Origin: the human T2T-CHM13v2.0 reference genome, Homo sapiens
NCBI RefSeq assembly: GCF_009914755.1
Contig: NC_060926.1
Length of the DNA stretch: 64,000 nt
Strand: one strand, 5' to 3'
The notes beneath the pieces are model-generated. The model saw nothing but the letters and a program-made list of their open reading frames with translations, had not been told where the DNA came from and made no database searches. Below are positions 54,670-64,000 of this stretch, piece after piece. Both the position numbers and the translations under genes were made by a program. The first letter of the stretch is position 1; every line of letters begins with the position of its first letter.

Positions 54670-55829
54670 TACTAGTGTCGTCATTCAGGTGGTTTCTGTG
54701 CCCCTGGAGTTGCGTTCTTTCCTGAAACTAACTTCTCTTACCTTAAATCCTGGACTAGTGGATAGTGCTCTTCATTGCCTTCCATCAAGACACACACACA
54801 AATGAAGCAAGATGAAGTGTAAAAAGGTTGTGAGTTAATTAAAATCACATTTCAGTTTATTGTACTTTTGCCTGAGCAACCCCTTTGTTTGTGTATTTCA
54901 TATTATTTTGAAATATAGGATAATTAAAAGTGGTTTTATTTTCTGGATGCTGGTTACTGCATGTTTCAGATAATTTTCCTTGCTAAAAGTATTCTCTTAG
55001 TCTTTAATCTTTAAAATGCATATTATGGCAGAGACAATACAAGATCCTTTCATTTTTTCCAGGCTAAAAAGGAAAACTATAATCTTCCAGCACCTTAGCT
55101 TATAGGCAGAGCAACATGATTAATGCTGGGGAAAAAGCATATTGATTTGCATGTCCTGGTCCCAAAACATCCATGTACTAAGTGCCATGAAAGTGTTAAC
55201 TATTATTACTGTTACCACGCTCAGAGAAATGGGTCTTTTCTGTAGATTCCGAAAGCTGATCTGGTACTTTACTGACAGCTTTTCAACCATCTGCAAGATC
55301 CCCCAAATACTCAACTAAAAAGTCCAACCAATGTATTACCCTGTCACATTAGCAAAAGTGATTAAAATAATATTGCCTCTATGTTTAAATGAAAGCTAAA
55401 AATCCAGGCTTTTATTTTATATTATTCCCAACTTACAGAATATCAAATCTTCATCCTGACCCACCTCATTTCCTTTTTTGATAGAGTCCTTATATTGACA
55501 AGTCAAAGGCCAAATATACCAATAATGTATCTTGATTTTAGCAAAAAAAAAAAAAGTGATAACATTTCTCATGATCACCTTATGGAGAAAATTCAGCTAA
55601 GTGGACTCAAAACTGTTTAACAACATACCAATCGGGGGGTCACTATCAAGCTACAAGAAGTTTTTAGGGAAATAACCATGGAGTTGAAATTTTTGGCAGC
55701 TGATAAAATTCATACCAGAATCAACATGTAAATTTATCTTAATCAGTAAAAATGCTGAGCTAAAATAAATGAAATGGAATATGAGGTGAATGATAGTACA
55801 TTCGATCTTACTGCTACTTCTTCGTAAGA

Positions 55830-56113
55830 CTTTCTCTTCCTGCCCTCCTTAAAGTTAGATGTGGTCATATTATTGGCCATGGCCATAAAATGTGCAGGGA
55901 ATAGTATACCCCACTTCCAGATGGAAACTTTTAAAATCCTGCCCATGTCCCACTGTGTTCTCCTCTCCTTAGCGTGACAACTGGCAAGATTCCAAGAGGT
56001 GCAATGGGGGCTCCTCCAGCTTGTGTCTCTGAGAGAGGACAATGTGAAGCAATGGGAACCTGCAATGGGCATATGACATAAGAAATAAACCACTATAGTT
56101 TTAAACCACTGAG
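55830..56113 (+). mobile_element. MLT1I/J-like LTR fragment
   Basis: cctccttaaagttagatgtggtcat...cacttccagatggaaactttt...gaaataaaccactatagttttaaaccactgag. Confidence 0.55.
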
Positions 56114-56686
56114 TCTCAACGATGTAAGATAACTCGAGGCCACACACTAGTAAATGGCAGAGCAGGACTGATTGTTCCCAATGAGCCAGGCAGCACGACT
56201 AGTGATCTCACATGTACTATTTCTGCCAGGTAGAAGGCTGGATCCCATTAGAAATTCTAAGGCTTCTGGATTTGGTGGAAAGGAAGAATTTCAAAACAAT
56301 TTACAGGACTCATTTCTCTTCACAGATCTAGTTTAGAGTTACACCTCAATTGCATTATACCCATAGGTTATTATAAAAATGTTACAAACTAATGCAAATA
56401 TAATTGTCTTTATTTTTTGCATTTTGTCACAAATGGAGAAAATCAACTTTCCAGGCCAGCAGGTTCACAGGTAGCCAATTGGGAACCACTGGCCTCAATG
56501 AGAACACCACTCCTGATGAGGTTTTCATACTCTGTCCACCACGGCATCCTGTGAGAATGCTAGCCTGGGTGCACCGTGTCATCATTCACAGACTTAGAAA
56601 CTTATATTTAGAAGAAATTGCAAAGGTTACCAAGCTTGATCTCCCAGGATTTGAACTAAGACCCAAACTAAATTATTTATCATAAG

Positions 56687-58824
56687 ATGATAAATCCCCT
56701 CCAACTTACCTGGGATTTAGCACCCACCTTCTTTCCAAAGGAATCTAAGTTTTCTGCAGCCATCAGCAGATGGTCTCTCTATTTCCCTCTGCACCTTCAT
56801 TTGCCTGTAGACAGTGACGTCATTCCTGCTACCCCTTCCCACATCCAGTTAACCTTTAAGGATACAAGAAAACATCCCTCCTCCCTGCAGAGGGTGGGAC
56901 TGGATGCTGGATTGAAGCTGGAGTCAGCTTGAAAGAAAAAGTTGGCCACGTATAGAGAGAAGGGACACATTGCCTAGTGACAGCTTTCTACCATGAAGAA
57001 CAGCACCAGCCTACTTTGGCCAGAACAGTTCTATCAGGACCCATGACAACACTGGGCAAGTTATTCTTTTTGACCTTCAGATGTCATATAACATGGAGAG
57101 GAGACAGAAACCCCAATTTTATAGAGCTCTAGGTGATGATAGTGGTGATGTAGAGTATTTACAGTGTACCAGACACTAATATGAGTATTCTTTACATATT
57201 ATCTCATTTAATCCTAATGCCAGCATGATGAGGTAGGAAGTATGACTGGTGCCCAATTAAAGGACAAAATTGAGGTGAAATGAGCTGAAGTAAAATGTCT
57301 AAAGTCACTCAGTTTGCAAGAGGCATGGCCAAGACTCAAACATAAGGAGGAGTCTGGCTTAGGAGCCACGCTTTGTTTGAATCTCTACTCTGTATCTGAT
57401 ATATCAATCTCCTACAGTGCAGAGTCTGACACTAAGTAGATACTATGTATCCTTCAATGTAAAGTCTGATACTTAGTGGATATTGCACATGAGCTATAGG
57501 GACAAATATAGATATACATATAGAATATATGTACATATGTGTGATGTATATATCATATAAATATGGATGATGTATGTATTGTGTGTGATGTACATCATGT
57601 ATGTATGTGTGATGTGCATCACATATGTGACATATGTATCATATGTCTGTATGTATCAATAATATATGGTATGATGCACGGTGCTTGCTGGGTTTTGGTT
57701 TATTGTGGGGAGGCACTTGAGAGTTTTAGTTAGTTTGCTCACTTGCCTCTCTGCAAGGTAACTACTACTCCTGATTTGTGACGGTGTAAGATGTGAAAAT
57801 CGGAAGGGACTCTCCAAAGATCTTTTCTGAGGAGGAAGAGGATGCACTGAGGAAGCTAATAGCTGTCGAGGCTGAGTAGCTGCAGAACCAGAATGAGGCT
57901 CCAAGCCTCCAAATCACCAGTTTATGCTTTATCCACCTTCCCATAGTACCTTTCCTCCACTTCCAGTATTTCCTACAAAACAATCAATCAACCCAAAAAG
58001 GCAGTGTAAAAAATATAAATACTAAGTACATGGGAGTTTTAAGTGTCTTTGAAGAATCGTCATGAAGAATAAATGATTTGCATACATTATAGCCACAAGC
58101 ACTAGGTAATTATCTTATTCCTTTAATTAGTAGTATCTTTATTAAAATTAGTCATTTAAGTGTTAGCATATATATTCAGATTATTTTATTCTATAATCAA
58201 TGAACAATTCTTAAATTCTGTTTGAGACAGGTTCACATTTACTTTCTTCCCTCTAGACTTGCTCTGATTTGAATTAAACCATTGTTCCAGCAGCTGTTTA
58301 AAACAGTTTTAATTTATTTTACATTATCACTGTAATATTGATTTGATCTAGAGTAGGTTTAAATGAGGTCTTGAATAAAAAGACAGCAAGGAAGCATATC
58401 TTCCCTATATAAATATTTCATAAAGCACTTGAGCTACTTCCAAGTGGAAATCAGGTATTTTCACATTGATTCCTGATAACATGAAAATTATTTTAAACTC
58501 AATAACTGTTTTTAATTCCCTATACTGGAACATAGGATCCAGTGTCTCTTCTCTCTATACATGGCCAACTTTTTCTTTCAAGGTGATGCCAGCTTTAATC
58601 CAGCATCCAGTCCCACCCTCTGCAGGGAGGAGGGGTGTTTTCTTGTATCCTTAAAAGTTAACCAAATGTAGAAAGGGGTAGCAGGAATGACGTCACTGTC
58701 TATAGGCAACTGAAGGTCCAGAGGGAAATAGAGAGACCATTTTGCCAATGGCTACAGAAAACTTAGATTCTTTCAGAAAGAAGATGGGTGCTAAATCCCA
58801 AGTAAGCTGGAGGTGATTTATCAT
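56687..58824. repeat. Inverted repeat: arms 56687-56968 and 58542-58824 (~282 bp), ~1.57 kb spacer
   Basis: By-eye alignment: ~27 mismatches and 1 indel (~90%); both arms contain TGACGTCA. Confidence 0.93.
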
Positions 58825-59433
58825 ATAATAAATCCACATAACTGACCCGCAAATAAAGAGATGCAATTTAAGTCCTCTTCTTTGCACCTGAATTTATTCT
58901 GGGATCTGAAAATAGAGTAGTATCCAGTCTCTGGGTTTTCCAGACACAATATTTTATGCTTTTATTTCCATATAGAAGGTGTTTGTGTTAATGGCTTAAA
59001 CAAATTTTGGGTTTATTCTCCCACATAAAAGAAGTCTGGAAGTTGTCAGTCGAGGGTTGATAACAGTGCTGATGACTCACTCAGTTATCAGCCAAGAAGC
59101 TTCCTGTCTCTACTACAAATGAAGCCTGAAATATCCAAGCTACATTATCACCAAATTGCCTATGGTGGGACATCTGTGGTTTTCTCCATCTAGTGAGTAT
59201 CTCTCCTTCTTGGATAGCTGGGGCCCCATTTTGCCATGGGGAAACCAACTCTCAGCCCATGTGCTGCACATGAAACTGACCCCACTGCCAGGTCCAGGAG
59301 TAGCCACATGACCTAGACCTGGGCATTCCTCTGGTGACAGATTGGTTCAGAGATGGACATGTGACCCCAGTCACACACCATTGACACCAAAAGCTCAACA
59401 GAGCTATATGACACATACAAAAACAATTGATGC

Positions 59434-60046
<613 letters not shown>

Positions 60047-60049
60047 TTA

Positions 60050-61450
60050 GCAAAATAATCCAGCAAATTATTTAAAACTTGATATATAATGACCAAGTAA
60101 GATTTATTTCCAGAACAAAAGCATGATTATCAGAAAACCTATTTACCTATATTAACAGATTTAAAAAGAAAAATACTATGGCCTTCTTCATAAATGTTGA
60201 AGATGCATTTAATAAAATTCAATATACATTCTTGATAAATAATAAAATGAAAAAAGATAACTGCTACCTTACAGTGCAACACTTCTGTCTCAACCCAAAA
60301 GTCAGCATCATGCTTAATGAAAAAATATAAAAAGGAATCCCATTAAAGTTGATAATAAGATGATACCATCATCATTATCATTTAATATTGTTTTTGAGGT
60401 ATTAAACCTAACCAGTATTCAAAAGCAAATTTATAAATATTTAATTGGAGAGGAAGTAAAATTATTATATGCAAACAATATAATATCATACTTAGAGAAT
60501 ACAACTTAAAATATACTACAAACAATAAGAAAATTCCATAAGATATCAAAATAAATACACAGAATCAAAAACCCACATATATGCAAATAATAGCAGTTAG
60601 TTGATGGGGGGTGGGGAATCTCACTTACATCAGAAACAAAAAATTTTGTAATAATTATAACAAGAATGTGAAATACCTATTGAAGAAAATTTTTAAATAT
60701 AATCAAATGACACAAAATAAACTTGGACAAATGTAAAGACATATCATATACTTGAATGGGAAGATGTGACATCATAAAATATAAATGCCTCTAAGTTAAT
60801 ATGTACATTTAACATAATAAATACAATCACCAGTGGAATTTGGTGAGGGAGAGTATGGAATTGGGCAAGCTGATTCTAAAGTTCATGTGAAAAATAAGCA
60901 ACCTAAGAAAGCCAAGAAACTCCTGAACAAGAAGGAAATGGGGTGGAACTAACCAATATTAAAACATAATATAAAACTACAATAATTAAAATAGTGTGAC
61001 ACATTAAATAGACAAATTTATGGAACAGACTAGGAGTCCAGAGAAAAATATGCTAAGAGCTGGAAGGTTTGTTCAATGAGTTGTATTGAGATAAGTGAGT
61101 CATCACATGGAAAAATAATAGTATTGAATCCATACCTCACAACTTATACCTCAATAAACTCCAAGTGGATCAAATATGTCAAGGTAACCCAAAAGAACGA
61201 AGCCTTAAAAATGCAAGAAGAAACCAAGGCAGAATATTTTTGTAATATTGGAGTGTGACACATATCCAGAAGGCATTAAAAAAGGAAAGATCAAAACACG
61301 TGTCAACATAAAATTAAAGAATTTCACATGACAAAAATCACCATATGCTATATGAAAGCACTAGGAAAAATCATGTGCATACTTTCTCAAAATCAAAGGG
61401 CTAATTTTCCTACTACAGAGATATCTTCCATAAGGCAATAAGAAAGATCA
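60050..61450 (+). mobile_element. Degenerate L1M ORF2 fragment
   Basis: A-rich sequence with L1 ORF2 remnants (aagctgattctaaagttcatgtgaaaa, ccatacctcacaacttatac...aactccaagtggatcaaa). Confidence 0.7.
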
Positions 61451-61748
61451 TTGACAAACTTCAAAACTTTCTATCCGTTTCAGCATCACCTCTCATAGTG
61501 CATCCCAGAGGACACTAGTTTCTTTAGATATTGGCCAACTTATTAGATAAATGCCTAGAAGTGATCATTTGTATTCTGCACAGCAGGTATGTGCATTTAT
61601 AATTTCAAGAGATAGTGCCAGATTGCCCTCCTTAGACATTCTACCAATTCACATTCCTGCCAGTTAATGTGTGGGAGTCCCTGTTCTCTCCATTATAAGG
61701 TTTCATCAAAGTTTTTCATACTGGAAAATCTGATAGGTGAAAAACTGT

Positions 61749-62133
61749 CGTATTAGTCTGTTTTCATACTGCTGTAAATAACTCCCCAAGACTGGGTAAT
61801 TTATAAAGGAAAGAGGTTTAATTGACTCACAGTTCAGCATGGCTGGGGAGGCCTCGGGAAACTTACAATCATGGCAGAAGGCGAAGGGGAAGCAAGACAC
61901 ATTCTTCACAAGGCGCCAGGAAGAAGTGCCAAGCAAAAGAGGAAGAGCCCCTTATAAAACAATTAGATTATGTAAGAACTCACTCACTAACATGAGAACA
62001 GCATGGGGGAACCACTCCCATGGCTCACATACTTCCACCTGGTCTCTCCCTTGACATGTGCAGATTATGGGGACTATGAGGATTACAATTCAAGATGAGA
62101 TTTGGGTGGGGATACAAAGCCTAAAGTATCTCA
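61749..62133 (-). mobile_element. THE1-family solo LTR (THE1D-like)
   Basis: gtattagtctgttttcatactgct...gactgggtaatttataaaggaaagaggtttaattgactcacagttc...gatgagatttgggtggggatac is the reverse complement of the THE1 LTR seen at 31581. Confidence 0.85.
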
Positions 62134-62154
62134 GTGTAGTTTTCAAACATATTT

Positions 62155-62642
62155 CTTTTTGTTTTTTGTTTTTGTTTTTGTTCTTTTGAGACAGGGTCTC
62201 ACTCTGTCACCCAGGCTGGAGTGCATGATCTTGGCACACTGTACACTCGACTTCCCAAGCTCAGGAGATCCTCCCACCTCAGCCTACAAAGTAACTGGGA
62301 CCACATGTCCCACAGGTGCATGCCCCCATACCCTGCTAATTTTTTGTATTTTTGATAGAGAAGGGCTCTGTCACCCAGGCTGGAGTGCAGTGGCATGATC
62401 TTTGCTCACAGTACCCTTGACTTCCCAAGCTCAGGAGATCCTCCCACCTCAGCCTACTAAGTAGCTGGGACCACACATCCCACAGATGTGCACCACTACA
62501 CCCAGCTAATTTTTTGTATTTTTGGTAGAGACGGGGTTTTGCCATGTTGCCTAGGCTGGTCTTGAACTCCTGAGCTCAAGCAATCTGGCTGCCTCGGACT
62601 CTCAAAGTGCTAGGATTACAGGTATAAGCCACTGTGCCAGCC
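62155..62642 (-). mobile_element. AluJ with a tandemly duplicated right arm (trimeric)
   Basis: Right arm plus linker appears twice (starts 62202 and 62366), followed by one left arm. Confidence 0.87.
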
Positions 62643-63904
62643 TCAAATATGTTTCTTATCATGAGCCAAAATGAATGTATTTTCATATACTTCAGAGACA
62701 TTTGCACTTCCTTTTTGTGGACTGATTGTTCTAAGAATTGAAACCATTTACCTTCCCACACAGCTTGTACCTGAGATGGGAATGACTCCCCACATAATCA
62801 CACACACACACAAAGCCTCCTCTGTTGGAACATGATTTTATACTATCCCTGTCCTCCTTGGCATCGCTTTACTACTCCAGCACACTCTTCCCCAGGCAAA
62901 TATCTTGATTATTCATGACTGAAACTTCTGGAAAGATCCATCGACACTTTAATAAAACCACCAACACTTTAAGCCCTAAAACATTTATCTCAAAATATTC
63001 GCCTTGCTGTTTCCACCAGTCCAAATCCTATTATTTCCTGATTCTTATGCGATCTTCATCAAGCCCCTGCATTGACAGACCTGCCTTAAACCAAACTTCA
63101 GATTCCCAGTAGAATCCAACTTTGCCTTTCCCACTCCAAGACACTGCTAAAGCTTCATGGAGCAACAAACTCAGTCTCTAGCAACTGCTGGTTTTTCTAT
63201 TGCATTGCTAGATTTGTAGGAGTTAGTTCATGAAACTGAAATAAAACCAACTCAACTGCCAGAGCAGGAGCAAGAACAGAGCTAGAAAGGAAATAGGCTC
63301 CAATCTTGCAGAGTTGTGGACTGGGCTTATGTGGTGTTTTGTTTTGTTTTCTTGCAATAGAGAAGCTAGAGAATGATGTGACTGAAATGAGATTTTTTTA
63401 AAGATCGTTGTGGCTCAGTGTGGGTGAAGGAGGGAAGCAAGGATGGGTAGCGGAAATGCTGAAGGGATCAAATTTGGGAGGTGTTGGGGAGATGGAGGAA
63501 ACAGGTCATTCAGACGCACTGGCCATGGAGTATGATTGAGAGAAAGGAGTCCAAGACGACACCTGGGTTTGGATCCCAAACAACCAGGTAAATAGGGTTG
63601 CCAGTTCCTGAGATGGTGAGGAGTGGGGAAGGAACAGTGAGAGAGGGGAGGTGGTGTTTGTGGTGGAGGTAGAGAAGTGGTTACTTCAGTAGGCGGGTGG
63701 TGGAGTCTCCTGTACAGGCAAGGGTGAGTGACAACCTATGGGGCTGAGAGAAAGAAGGGAGAGGAAGGACTCACTAGAGACAAAAGTGATGCTAAATATT
63801 AACTATGTTTCTAACTAAATAGTCTATATGCAGTCCTTTTGTAGCTATTTCTAATTATTTTAACAGTAAAGCCATCCAAATTACTATTTTAAATCAACAA
63901 AGCT

Positions 63905-64000
63905 GGCCAGGCATGGTGGCTCACGCCTGTAATCTCAGCACTTTAGGAGGCCGAGGCAGGTGGATCACTTGAGGTCAGGAGTTTGAGACCAGCCTGGCTA
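63905..64000 (+). mobile_element. Alu (cut by window edge)
   Basis: ggccaggcatggtggctcacgcctgtaatc... Confidence 0.9.

Overview
Primate (almost certainly human) genomic DNA, not prokaryotic. The only real coding sequence is exon 1 of DNER (Delta/Notch-like EGF repeat containing) on the minus strand (CDS 52991->52716: signal peptide plus first EGF repeat), inside a CpG-island promoter (~51900-54130). Bases 1-52715 are the start of the very long DNER intron 1 and bases above ~53150 are upstream sequence. The rest is interspersed repeats (many Alus, L1 fragments, a full-length THE1 MaLR provirus with a 5-bp TSD, MLT1/LTR33 LTRs, hAT MITEs, MIR/L2), microsatellites and a processed TXNDC17 pseudogene in a nested insertion stack. 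The most unusual signals are local duplications of sequence I do not recognise as repeat: a 537-bp, ~95% identical inverted duplication with scrambled templated junctions plus a third direct copy (11.5-14.7 kb); a ~282-bp inverted duplication upstream of the promoter that duplicates a perfect CRE; a perfect 64-bp tandem duplication; and an oddly ordered two-piece L1. Promoter motifs include an RFX X-box, an RE1/NRSE-like site and a CTCF-like site. I found no evidence of a novel multi-gene system. Repeat subfamily names and identities were judged by eye and are approximate.
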